The notes under the pieces: model-generated
Databases searched by the model: none
Told to the model about the DNA's origin: nothing
What the model saw: the letters and a program-made list of their open reading frames with translations, nothing else
NCBI GenBank assembly: GCA_001949185.1
Contig: BDGG01000016.1
Location: forward strand, 62,001-126,000
Reading direction: 5' to 3'
Source: Ramazzottius varieornatus
Taxonomy: Eukaryota > Animalia > Tardigrada
DNA: 64,000 nucleotides
Shown: positions 41,507 to 54,069 of the stretch, piece by piece
Numbering within the stretch: position 1 is the stretch's first letter
Layout of the letters: every line of letters begins with the position of its first letter
Made by a program: the position numbers and the translations under genes

Positions 41507-43106
41507 ATAGCAGAAAAAGCAAAGATTTTTCTTCCCAAGATGAGTGCAAGTTCAAGACCACGCACGCAAACAGGATGCGGAAGAAAGTTTCCCGCCTTCG
41601 AGGGTTGACATGCAGACGTAGAGAGCTAGTGTGGGTCCGCTGAGGTCTAGCTGCCTAATTATGACTTACTTAAACTGCGTAATGCAATTTCCGCAAACTG
41701 ATCAATGGCAAGTGCTCTTGACACCACTGACAACAACACAGCGCCAATATTCAATCTCCCGTTGTTGACGTGAAAGAGCTGACAATTAGAGGACCAACCC
41801 GGAAGTTCCATGACACAGAAAATTCCTCCCTGTAACGTTAAATCAGATAGTTTGAGCGAACTGACTCACAATCTTTGTTTCAAAATGCAAACTGAAGAAG
41901 TATACTTACCTAAACAGTTAAAGTAAGCGAAAGGATATCAGAAAAGAAAATGGTCCTCAAAAGCGGACATTTCTCTGCGGTCGTTCAAGCAGGGAACCGA
42001 CGTGGGACAGAAAGAGGCGTATAACCTTGATGATGGATGCGACGCGGACTAAGATCGAAGAGCAGATCCGAGCAATTACATCAGCGGGAAGAACGTGTGT
42101 CTTATGGGAATCCTGGAGTCAAGCATCCACATCCGCCTTTCGCTGCAGGGAACAACCGTTACGTACTGCGGATCTTCAGCAGCTGTGGCCTGCGGGAAAC
42201 TGGAGGAAGCGCCCAACATCGATCAAGGACTTTCACAACAGTATCTAAAGATGCAAAGTATATTTTAGTACGGTAAACATCGCGACATAGAATGTATACC
42301 GAGAACCGGAAGCGGATGTGGCCGGAACGGGACATACAATAAAGGAAGGGCGTGGTGAAGGCCTGAAGCGGCAAGTGCGATGCTGAAGCGTAACAGTAGG
42401 AGAGGTTGATACAAGAGAGAGTTGTGATACGTAATATCATCCCCTTCCTTCCTTCTACAGTTCACGCTGATCCCTACAGTCAATTCAAGCTTCCCTAAGT
42501 CTAATCCTTCCTCTGCTGTGGAACCGAGATTTGACGGATGAACCTTCAATCGAATCTTCAAGATAGAATCGAACGTATTGTGAAGCAATGTAAGAACAAC
42601 GCACACTTTAGACGGATTTCCGAAGGCAACCTACGTGTAGGCGGCCGAAGTTAAATTGAAGAATTAATCTTCAATCGAAGAATTGATTTTCAATTGAAGA
42701 CTTAATTTTCTTTGAGGTTTATTCCGAAGATTTATCTGACTGCGGAAGTCCTTTAGATTCGTAAGACTCAAAAAGAGAGAAAATTTTACTGGAGCCGGTT
42801 GTTGCCAAATGTGCGCATCATCCCATTCAAAGCTTGTAAAAATAATCAGAACACAGAAACGACGGAAAGAACATTTTGCAAAACAGTCCTCCCAAGCTTG
42901 CTCTTCAGTGAAGACAAAAAGTGTAAATTGAAACAAGAACTTAGAAAAAGATTTTAAACACAAAACACTATTGCAAATTCCTGAAGCAAGACCTAAAAAT
43001 CATTTTGAAAACGAACACTACGAGCACATCGGATGATAAAAGTTCTTTGAGAAAGGTAACATGCAGTCGAGATTGGGAACATCGAGAAGGTTTCGCCGTG
43101 AAGAAC

Positions 43107-45235
43107 CTATTCGTAACCGATGCCGCTGACAGCACCATAGCGAATTTCCTCGTCCCAGTGGGCACCGGGATGAGCACCAGTACCCATGGTATTAATAACG
43201 TTGATCTCCTTCAAACCGTTATTGATTACCTTACCCATGGAACCATGCATGCCACCGCTGTTACCGTTACCGTTCCGACCCCCGTTGCTGCCGCTGCCCT
43301 TGCGGTTCTGACGAGTCAGTTCCAGTGGCTGTCCGTGCTTCTGGATCTTCTGAATTCGGCGACGCTGTGTGGTCCTACAGAGCACAAAGAGGGAACTCAA
43401 TATTGAGCAGTCTCTGAATACGTGTGTGAAGACCAGGAAGTAGTGCGAAAGAGTTCTTGACGTTACTCACACTGTGGAAATGTGTGCTCCAATGCCAGCC
43501 ATCTGACAGGCCTTGCTAATACCCCACACTCCCATATTGGCCGGAATGAATTCCTGCAATGAAAGAAAATTCGTCCGATGGGAGAGTTTACCTGACTGAA
43601 AACTGAAACCTCGGACAAACTGTTTCCTATTTTCCTGACGAAAATTTGGAATGAAGTGTGACAGTTTACATACGTAATTGACAACCATTCCTTGCGAGTA
43701 GTCCAGCATCATCTCGATGTTGCTTCGATCGGGAATCTCCACGCCATTCTCGTCCTTCCAATCAGCTTCCTTCCACTTGGGCCAGTTGACCGTCATCGCT
43801 ACACAAAAGAGACAGTCACACCAGCTCTCCTCGATGTTCGTTGGAGACAGTTATCAATGGGTTTCTTACCGTCGACCAGGTATTGGGAGGCTGAGATAAT
43901 CGTCAGTTCGACATATCCACGAGCTCTAGCGCGGTTGATGGCTGCGATGGAAGACCTGGTTGGGAAATGGTCGATCGAAAAGTAGAAGTTTGCCACGTTT
44001 CTTACCTCGAACTGCGGCGATGAACTCGGCGCGATGCTTGCGTGGAAAGCCTATGAGTGGTGCTTGAACGTTCATGCCCGACTCGAAGCCAAAGTAAACG
44101 CCTATGCCGCCACCACGCGCTGATCGACCTTGGATGGGAGCTGCTCCTGCCACGAAGGCCAACGCCGCGTTCTCCGGCATGACTTCCCAGTAAGCAAAGT
44201 GCTCAGCTTCCGCCAGGTTGCTGCATACCTTCACCACGAAATCCGGATGACCGTTGGTCTGCTTCTCCGCAGCAGCTCTACAACAACAAGGACAAGGAAG
44301 TCTTAGTTCGACTGCAACAGCGTCAGAATCCTGGTGCAGTACGTGTATCGCACGCTATGGAACCAGGAAGTATCGCAACTACCAATTATGGCGCAGCACA
44401 GAAACATGTATGACAGCATCGTTTGCCATTGTACCTGATTAAGCTTTGGTTTGGCAAGACTTGCGGTTGGAAACGGATCCAGGAAATAAATCAAGAATCA
44501 ACTTACCGGTCGGTGTAGACTCCTGGCTGATGTCCATTCTGGACCGCGAAGAACTGCTGAGCAGGTCGCGCTGGACGCTTCCGCGGAGCGCCGGAGCCGC
44601 GAGCTAGTTGAGCATTCGCCGGAAGTTCAACGACAATCTGCTGTGGAGGAGCCACTTTAGCCTGAAATCGAAAGAAGTCTAAAAGCTATTCTTCAGACCG
44701 CGGGTTTCAAGGTGGAGTTTTACTTGCTCTAGTTGCTTACCTGGTTCTGCCCTTGTTGCGGTTGTTGTCCTTGCCCACCACGTCCTCCTCGGCGACGTCC
44801 TGTGCCAGCTCCTCTATTACCATTCTGACCTTTCTGTCCTGCTTTTCCCTCATTCTGCGATCCTTGCTGTTGTTGCTGTTGTTGTTGTTGTTGACCTTGG
44901 TTGGCACCAGCGTTCCGCGTTCTGGGTTTTGGAGCAGCAGTAAGGCCGTTGACGTAGTCTTGAGCAGCCTTGCGAGTTGGAAATTTGTGGACATCGGAAC
45001 CTTTAAAGTTAATCGTCTCTTTTAGGGTATCAGGCCTGCGAAGAAACATTCAACAACCTTCCACCTACAGTGAGCTCCAACCAGTGAGAAGACGAAAGGC
45101 TTACCAGTTATCGTAAACTCCCGGGTGACGTCCGGTCTTCACTCCATAGAAGATCGGGGCTTGAGCCTGACCGGCAGTTAGGGTGTTTAGCTGGTTTCCG
45201 CCAGCTCCTCCACCACCACTAGCCCTGGTGACCAT
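43107..45235 (-). CDS. RNase H1-like protein: two hybrid-binding domains and a catalytically degenerate RNase H domain
   Basis: Eight in-frame exons. HBD1 IFYGVKTGRHPGVYDNW...HKFPTRKAAQDYV; HBD2 FFAVQNGHQPGVYTDR...VKVCSNLAEAEHFA; RNase H fold GGIGVYFG, HRAEFIAA and WPKWKEADWK. Confidence 0.85.
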
Positions 45236-46138
45236 ACTGGAGGAATAGAGGAGAAAATTCAAGTAAAGATGGAACAGAATCCAGATGATTTCACCTGGAG
45301 GATTAATTGACTTACCTCACGTTAACTCCTTCGCCGCCATCCTTTTGAGCCACTAAGACGTAGCGAGCGCCGTTTCCCTTTACAGCCTGCATTGTGAAGA
45401 TTCTTTCTGCAAAGGAAAATCAATAAGGAAGTAATTCTCACCCCGTCAGAACAGAGACGATGTGCCGAGGAAAACAACCAAACAGTCTGAACAAGAGGGC
45501 CGCTGATTGTGAACGAGCATTCGAGCGCGAGTAAATAGCGTAACGCAAATGGTACCTTTGCATTGATTTCACCAAACGGGAAGGAGTAAGATCCGGGACA
45601 GAGTCCAAAAGAGACGATGAAAAGGCTGTACAAAGGGAAGTTCCAGCAGGTAAACTGGCACGTTGATTTGGCCGAAAAGCGGATCTTGTTGATGCTGATT
45701 GGCAATGATTGCTGAAGACGAAAAAAGATGGAAGATCTGTATCTCATGGGCGTGCCGTATAGTTTTAGCCTTACCTGACCATTGTCCAGAATCTTCGGAC
45801 ATCCCACCGGTGGTGATATCCGTCCCGTGCCACTTTTGGCGGTCTTTTCAGTAAACTTTCCCCTTGGATGAAGACTGGCTTGTCTTTGTGGGGCGCACGC
45901 GTCATCGTATTCGCAATGACTCAGCGTATCTCGCATTGCCCATCGGCCTCGGGCCTTGTCTAGTGCCCATGTGGCTTGATTTGTTGACAATCTGGGCAGG
46001 TTTGAGCTGCTAAAGTCTCAACTTCAACCTTTGTCATGCCAAGGTGCCTCCTTCGTCGGATATCTTTAATGACCTAGTTTACAGCCACAGCAGCCTTGAC
46101 ATCCGACGACGTATAATCCTCCAGCTTCCCGTGAGAAG

Positions 46139-47053
46139 ATGACAGAGTCCAGCTCGGAGGCGACCAAGAGGCTGAACGTCAAACGCCAAACACTGGACGA
46201 TGCCTACGCTGCTCCTGCCAATTTCCTGGAAATCGACGTGATTAACCCCATCACCCATGGTGTAGCCAAGAAACGCTATACGGATTATGAAGTTCGAATG
46301 CGGGTAAGGATATTAGGCTGCGAATAACGGACATGAGCCTAGAAATTCGTACCGGAAATGTATCACTTTAAAATAATTATGTTTCCAGACAAATCTTCCC
46401 GTTTTCAAGCAGAAGGAGTCCTCCGTCCGGCGTCGATACAGCGACTTTGAATGGCTCAGGAATGAACTAGAAAGGGACAGCAAGGTATGTGAACCCTCTT
46501 TCTATCCGCGGACATTCCGAGGAATTGGTTTGAGAAACAGTTTGTTTCGTAGATCGTAGTGCCGAATTTACCTGGAAAAGCTCTCAAGAAGCAGATGCCG
46601 TTCCGACAGGACGACGGTATATTCGAAGAAGAGTTCGTTGAGGATCGTAGGAAGGGCTTGGAAGTTTTTGTCAACAAGTATGTAGTCTTGAAGCATTTCT
46701 GGGAAGAGAAACCGTAACAAGTTAACCTGAACGTAGCAGGTAGCTGCTGGCCTTGTCGATGCTCAACGGTGCGCCATCCGGTGCGATGTGTCACGCATGG
46801 GTACAGTTTGCTGGTTTACCAGCAGGCACGTGCATGATGCCGCTGGCGCATCTGAAGGCGATGTCGACCAATGGAATTCAATTTAATTTCAGGGTTAGAC
46901 TGGTACTTCCGGTTGCAGTGTGTAGTGTAAGTCGCATTTCCTTGTAGGATTGCTGGACATCCGCTCGCACAAAACGAGAAGTGTCTTCACATGTTTCTCC
47001 AGGATGTCACCATTGACAAGAATTACGTGCCAGGAAAGATTCGCAACACGTGA
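46139..47053 (+). CDS. SNX3: Sorting nexin 3/12 (PX-only)
   Basis: [52 protein letters not shown] and IAGHPLAQNEKCLHMFLQ. Four exons. Confidence 0.95.
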
Positions 47054-47920
47054 ATCTTGTACTACCCGCAGTTCGACGCATTAACTCTTTGGATGCAGCA
47101 TCGCGCTGAAAAAAAGAAGCCTTCATCGAAATTACTGGCTTTACGCATGTGTATGTTCTTTTTTCCTGAAAGGATTTTAGGATATCTGATTTCTGTCATT
47201 CCCATGATTTGCAGATAACAGGACAAATGCTGTACAGCATTGTTCTGCCTTTCACCCGGCTTTGACATCTGTTACGAGTAGCCACTTCTTTTTTATCTGT
47301 TTTGCTTGAGTGTTCTTAACCCACGAATGAAACACTGATCCCACATGAATCAACATCAGCTACATTATCGGTCGTTCCGCCTGTTATTACTAAGTTTCTA
47401 TGTAAGATTCTATGTTGCAACACTGCTTCACCCGGAAGTGCCACTTGCGCCCGGGAAGGTGGAAGGTCCTGTGCTCCTGTGACCGCTGGTTAAAACGCCT
47501 CGCAGCTCGATCCTGAGCAGAATTCTCGCAACCTTCCCTTTTTACGGATTCAACCAGATTTTGGAAGTTATTTTACTGTGTAAGAAATTGACAGCAAACT
47601 GGCACTAAACTCTGTAACGTACCAAAGAATAAAGATTTCTGACAGTACAGAAAATTTCTCTCACCGTCATCGAAAGGTTTTCGTCCAAACAAAGATACTT
47701 CCGTCGAATAAAAAAGATAAAGCTCCAACTCTGCAGAAATGACACAGGGATCGTGATTATGCTTTGGGTGATAACATACATACAGCGAGGTTGATAATAA
47801 AACTAGAATGACAACAATTTGTTAAAACGCTGGGGAACGTCATGACACTGGGATGAGAAAGAGAGAAAAGAGAGCGATCGATAAAAAATGAAAATGATTG
47901 GATGAAGAACCGAGACTTTC

Positions 47921-50900
47921 CTACGCGAACTGGGACGAAGGACTGAGAGGCAGCTGTTGCTGCGGCGAAGAGCCCGTCGAAGTCGGCGACCCATTCTCGC
48001 TTTGACCACCCCGCTTCTCCTCTGCACTCAGACGTTGCTGGATCATCAGGTGCGTCGCCTGGACGGCGTTAGGACTTCCGGTTATGGTCACCGCACGATA
48101 GCCACCTAAACATACGCATAAGTCCAACAGTATCGATCCAAAGACCGATCGAAGCCATGTGGGAGGCCGGCAAACGAAATGTGCCAGATCGTTATCTCAA
48201 GTGGCGCACACTTCCAGCGTTGGCTGGAAGACAAACCGTGCGCCGCTTGAGACATCGACCCCGGACGTTTCGTTTCAGGACCTCTCATGTGTCTGAATCG
48301 TATTATACGTTATCATGCACAGAATTGCCGCTTACCTTGTCCGGCCATTTTCTTCTTGGGCACCACTTGAATCACCGTATTGTACATCTGCTGCATTTCG
48401 TTGATGACTTTACCGTCACGTCCCAACAGGTGTACCGCGAGATTGTCCATTATATCGAAAGACAGTTGAGAGCGCTCCCCGTTGCTTGCGTTGCCTCCTC
48501 CACCGATCGGAATGGAACCTTCAGTGTGATTGGCGGTCTTGCTGAACAGTCCGTTACTGCCATCAGACTGCGGAGAAGAGCGCTGCTGGTGGAACCACCG
48601 GTTCTGCGGGGTCCAGCCGTCGGAGTGGCCTTGCTTGCTCTGCGCACCGTTCGGAACCTACCAAGATCAAAATTCAGTAAGAATTCTTGACCGATGTTAT
48701 GTAAAGGCGAACTCGAAATACCTGCTGATCGTACTGGCCGTTGTAGCTCGACTCCAGGCTATCCTGACCCGTCATGCCTCCATAACGCACCGGGCTCTTC
48801 GAAGCTCCCGACATGGACGAAGACATGCCATCTGCGTACCCACCGGGCGAACCACCGGCCGACGAAGATGAAATGTTGCCCGCCAAGCTGGATCCTGTCG
48901 AATGACCGAAACCCGAGTCCATCGATGTCTGGTTTCCATGCATTCCCGCAAGACCGGACATGTACGGGCTCACGCCCATTCCACCCAGCCCGAGACCTGA
49001 AAGACAACACACCCGCCATCACGTAAACGTCTCATACTTTGTACATTGAAGAACAAAGATCGTTTACCCAGTCCCAGAATTCCATAGCTGGCCAAAGTCG
49101 ACATGGCGGCGATGATTTCTGCCGTAGCTTCCTCCGTGTAGCCCGCCAAGCGCAGCGTGCTTCTCAAGTTCGCGAAGAAGTTGTTCTGGATGTTGGCATG
49201 CATGTATGGACCAGCCATCAAGTGGTCAGCATGTCCGCCGTGACCACCATGCTGCACACTGGCGAACGGAGATCCGGTGGGATTGTAATTAGGCACAGGA
49301 CCGATCACGTCGGCGTAGCTCAAGTTGGGGCAACTGTTGCTGACGGGGTCTTCGAAAATCTTGGCCAGAATCAAGGCGCAGGCGTTCTTATTCTGCACCG
49401 TGTCACCGATGACCGTGATGCACCGTTCAGTGATGGCGTGGTCTCGAGCTTTCTGCGAGATCTGCACGTAGGCTCCGCTTGCATCCTTGATGTGTTTGAT
49501 ATAGTTGCCTGCTTTACCGATGATCATGCCGGCTGTGCTATTCGGCACCAAAATTTTCACCTAGAAAAAACGAACACGTGAATATTGAAAGAAACAACAA
49601 CTGATGGGTCGGCAAAACAACTCGATAAGACAAACTCCCCGAGTGGCGCACGTTTTTGGTGTTTTGACTGGATGTGTGCGCGACTTGATGAAACGATTAG
49701 GTTGAGGTCTTAATATTTGTCATCTCGCTCGTGAAATCGCAGCACTTATTGGTACCTGTTTGTCGCGCTCGTTAGAGGGCTTCTTCTGTTCATATTCCGG
49801 TGACGCGGGTTTCTGCTGAAGGCCTGGCTCGGGCTTCTCACGAATTTTCTGAGCAATGAAATCGTACACCTGTAAGATACTGTCGGGAGTTGGTCCGTAG
49901 ATTATGCAGACGCGCTCGTTAGTTCCTGCAAGCGTCAGCAATCATAACAAAAGGTGTTTCCCGCAACCGCACTCATTTTGGACAGCTTCTCAACTCGTGG
50001 ACCCTTCACTCTAACCGACCTTACCTGGAAAGTAGTCTGTCGCCTTCGACCTGCGAGCACAATCGCGATAAAATTAACTGCCATCTTCAGTTTGGAAAAT
50101 AAAGCTTGATAAAGTACTTACATCTTGATCCGCGTATCGGTCTGCTGTTGCAGCAAAGCGATAGTTTCTCCTGTAAATTCAGAAGTTACGAGCTATGTCA
50201 GTGGTAACAAGATAAACGAGAATAAGTGGCTGATAATTCTGTGCCGTTGCTCCAAACAAACCTCCTTTTCCAATTATGGCACCAGCTGCAAGGCAAAAAA
50301 AATTTATCAATCTGGCCCCGAATAAAAGAATAAACGTATAATTAAAAGCAGATGGCTTACCGGCGGCGCTCGGCACCAAAATCTTGAAAAACATGGCAAC
50401 TTCTGCAAAACAAGGAAGCAATGGATTGAGAGTTCGTGGCGTACCATGGATGGGAGGGGCCCGGTGGACCGGCCAGGTGGCCAATGGGCACTCGGAAAGC
50501 AAAACCGTAAATTGTTGCTCATGACGACACAAAAGACAAAATGAAGGTATGATGGAAGACAACCGTCAGCTGGAAAGTTCATGACGTCAAAAGCGTTACT
50601 ATGTGGAAAACACGATGACGTCTGCACAGTATGGCTGGTTGAATCGAGCAATCAGCTGATTTCGATCAACTTAATTTTGATCTCTGAGTTTATGCATTTT
50701 CTTCGGCGCCATTTGCATCTTCTTCCAGGATGGTATTTCCTCGCCGGCTGGATGGATTCACCTCGAAAGTGGGAGGAGGAGAGAGAAACATACCTGTAGG
50801 GTAAGTCTGGTTGGCATTCTTTCTTTCGTTGGTAGACTGTTGCGCGGCCTCGCTGTTATCAGGAAGTGGTGATCGTTCGGGCTTTTGCGAGGACGACGGC

Positions 50901-50986
50901 TGCTGCTGGGACTGGGCAATGGATGAATCGCTCGTGTTGCCGTAATCATTCTCGTTGACAGATGAAGTGCTATTTGAATGGTTCAT
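47921..50986 (-). CDS. NOVA: Nova/pasilla KH-domain splicing regulator
   Basis: KH1 KILVPSAAAGAIIGKGGETI; KH2 KILVPNSTAGMIIGKAG; SCPNLSYADVIGPVPNYNPTGSPFA; KH3 ending RAVTITGSPNAVQATHLMIQQRL. Confidence 0.92.
48158..48280. repeat. Palindromic element in the last Nova intron
   Basis: Cores 48200/48238, 28-nt spacer. Confidence 0.85.
49604..49705. repeat. Palindromic element in Nova intron ~49562-49755
   Basis: Cores 49642/49676, 24-nt spacer. Confidence 0.8.
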
Positions 50987-53900
50987 CGTGTCTCCCACGG
51001 CACCGGAACGTGTTGGGCAAGCAAACAAAGAACAAGCGAAGCACGAAATGGATGGAAACGACGAAAGTCCAAGCTGATGGCGAGCAATCCTGTGTAGAAC
51101 CGACAATGCCGAACCGGAAGCGGGTGGTGGAGGCAGGCTCCGGCTGGATGAAATTGAGGCAAGACGACGATGGATGGTTGATGGGGAAACGAACGGGGCG
51201 AGAATGACGGAAAACGGAGAATAAAGTAGAAAAATGCGATGAAAGAAAGGCGATGATGAAGGTGCACAGGCAAATGGAAGCAGCTGGTAGCCTGTAGCGC
51301 CTTCAAGTTCAGATTATCCAGTCGGAACAGCTACACGGTAAGCTAACTCTGAGCCCAGTAGAGTAGGCCGAGGCAGACAACAGACAAGTTTCCGCTGACG
51401 TTATCACCATCGCGTGTCTCTCAGATTCAAGGCCACAGGCACAAGTCTTCCGTGACTCACAAACACAGGCAAAGAAAGGCCTGGATGGAGTGTGGACGGG
51501 ATGGCCTGCCATCGTGGGCGTACTGAGCGTAGCCAGGCAAGCCGTCAAATCATTCCTTCTCGCGCATACGCCGTAAACCCAGCGATCATCGAAGGCCTGA
51601 GTTCCCGGGAAAGTTTTCGCACTTTGGGATTTTTTTTGGATGGAAAAAGGAGTACTTACCGAGCCGTTCAACTCTTAGAGTTTTGAGTTTTTTAACAGTG
51701 CTGCTTTCGAGTACTTACGAAATTTAATCCTGGAAAGACCCGGATTTATGGCAAACCGGCTTCTGCAGTTCTGCGACCCGTAAATGGAAGGGAACTCCGG
51801 CAGATGGCGCCGAGTCGTTAATGGAGCAGTTCTTGCCGAAAACTTGCAGATAGGGTTAACTGTGGCCCGTTCAAATTGTGCGGATTCTCTTGGAATGCCA
51901 TAAGCCCCTCACATAAACTGAAGTTAGAACAGCTGAAAGTTGCGTCGGTTCTACAGAATCATGAATCCGTGGCTCCCTTGCATGGATGCCGCTTGCCATA
52001 CGAAGTTCGTGCCATGATCTCAAGAGAGGTACACCCCACCCCAAAGACAGCTGATCGCCAAAACAAGTTTCGGACCCCCAAGCAGAAAATCATCGGTGGA
52101 CCCCTAAGTTTCACCGTCACTTGTCAAGGGTGCACTTCCTACTGTCGGATCATGGCACGAACTTTTTGACTGCCGGCATCCATGCTCCCTTGTACGCGGA
52201 GTCTCTACGACTTATTGGCGGAGCGCAGGGAATTTTGCCTTGAGGCCAGAGCAGTAAGTTCTCCATTACATTTTGCCTCGACAAGTCGAGGCAAAATGTT
52301 CTTGAGAGTGTTCCTGGAACCTCTATCCTTGCTTAATTTTGAGGGGATTTTCGTAAGGGTACAGCATTTCGCGGAAGAAATGCTTGTTGATCAAGAGAAG
52401 GCCGGCTAAACGAGGGCCGAAAACGCCTCACGTATCGAACCTGTGTGCAGTGCGCGTCTGCAGAGGAGCGAGAGATAATTTTGAGAGAAGCCCCTCCGCT
52501 GCGAAAACAAAAGAACAGCTTCGAATCTGCGTCGGTGACAAGTAAAGGTGTATTCTGACGTGGTTTTGGCTTTATCTACTACTGGAGCCGAATTCGAACA
52601 AAAATACCTGATTGAAAGACCAGGTTGACCACGGCAAACAGAGTATTTCCTCAATCGGAAGTGGCCAAGGTGGCTGCATGGCCTTCTCACCTTGTCTAAT
52701 CTAAGGGCCAGCGTTACGTACGAAGAGGAACACGCTGGAAGCAAGCTACTGGAAGCATGTTACGAGGAAAGCGACAGTAGTGGCTGGGACGTACCTCCTT
52801 ATAAAGCTCGTGGCTTTGGGTCGAGCATCTTTTCTGGATCACCGACGATGCATCGTTCTCGCTGTAATGGTCCGTGTAATCACATTTACCGTATCCGGGC
52901 TAAAGGAAAATAATATACATTCAGAAGTTTTTTCCATTGGTATTTAACCATTGTCTACTGAGGAAGATGAGAATAAAATTGTGACTTCCAGTTCCACAGG
53001 TTAAGGCAAACATCAGCAGAAGACCCTTATATTCTTATTGGTGATGGTGCGCAGTGCCCGGGTTTCGATAACATGACAATGCGCGTTGGTCCCGCCCATC
53101 TGGGCGCACGTGGTCACATTGCTGCAAGGTACGGTCGGATCGTTCTGTCTTACGCGTAGTTTCGGTAGTCACATGACTTTTTCCTCATCGTAGTAACCCG
53201 AATCTGCACGTGGTCGGACGCTGTTGCGCACAGTGATTGGGGAAACCGACCAGAGTTGGGCGAGAATGCTCAAGTTTGCAATCAACGGTTAACACGTATG
53301 CAGAAGCTTCATTCTCGAAAATCGTGGGAACCGGAGCTTTGGGAAACTACCAAGTCCGCCATGGCCATGCCAACTTTTGACTTCCCAACTCCTGAATTTT
53401 AAACGGTGATTTTTCGAGGACAGCTCCAAGATTGGCCTACGCCACTGATCCCTCTTTACCATCCTTGAGACATCAGTGATTGACCGCTTGTACGGATTCG
53501 TTCATCGATCGCCGGAGGCTGTTTGCTCGTTATGCTCTCTTGAAGGACACAGAGGAAGGACGGACCGCTCTATAAGTAAGTGTATCGCTGTAAATGGATA
53601 GGCATCGCCGAGAGAGCAGCCATTACTTTACAGAGTGAAAGGCCTTCAAAGAAGTTGCAAGAGTTTGTCCTCTCTGTAATCTTCCATCGATTATTGACGC
53701 CAATATTTTGAAAGTATCTCGCCCAGATTACCCCTCGCTCCATCAGCCTGGAGAAATTTCGCCTTGCGATTTGCAGGAGAGTTATTGTTTGGTTGCGCTC
53801 TATAAGCGCTTGTCAATAATCGCGTTTAGACTTCAGAGCCTCGCAAAACTTGTTTGTCTCCCTCCTACGCGTGTCTTAATCTTTTGCCTTGAACGTCGGT

Positions 53901-54069
53901 CATCTTGCGTAGGTTGAGTGGTGTTAGGCTGGTGAATGCTTTATGCTTATAACGATCGAAAGCGAAACATACGCTGTTATTTATTGTTACTTCCGGTGGC
54001 ATACGTCGTTTCAGGCTTTCAGCTCTGAAAGATATCTTGGCTGACGTTTTCTGTGTTCATTCTTGGTAG

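Noticed and set aside
42027-42606. Short overlapping ORFs between the putative membrane gene and the RNase H-like gene
   Set aside because: No recognisable domain and no convincing spliced model.
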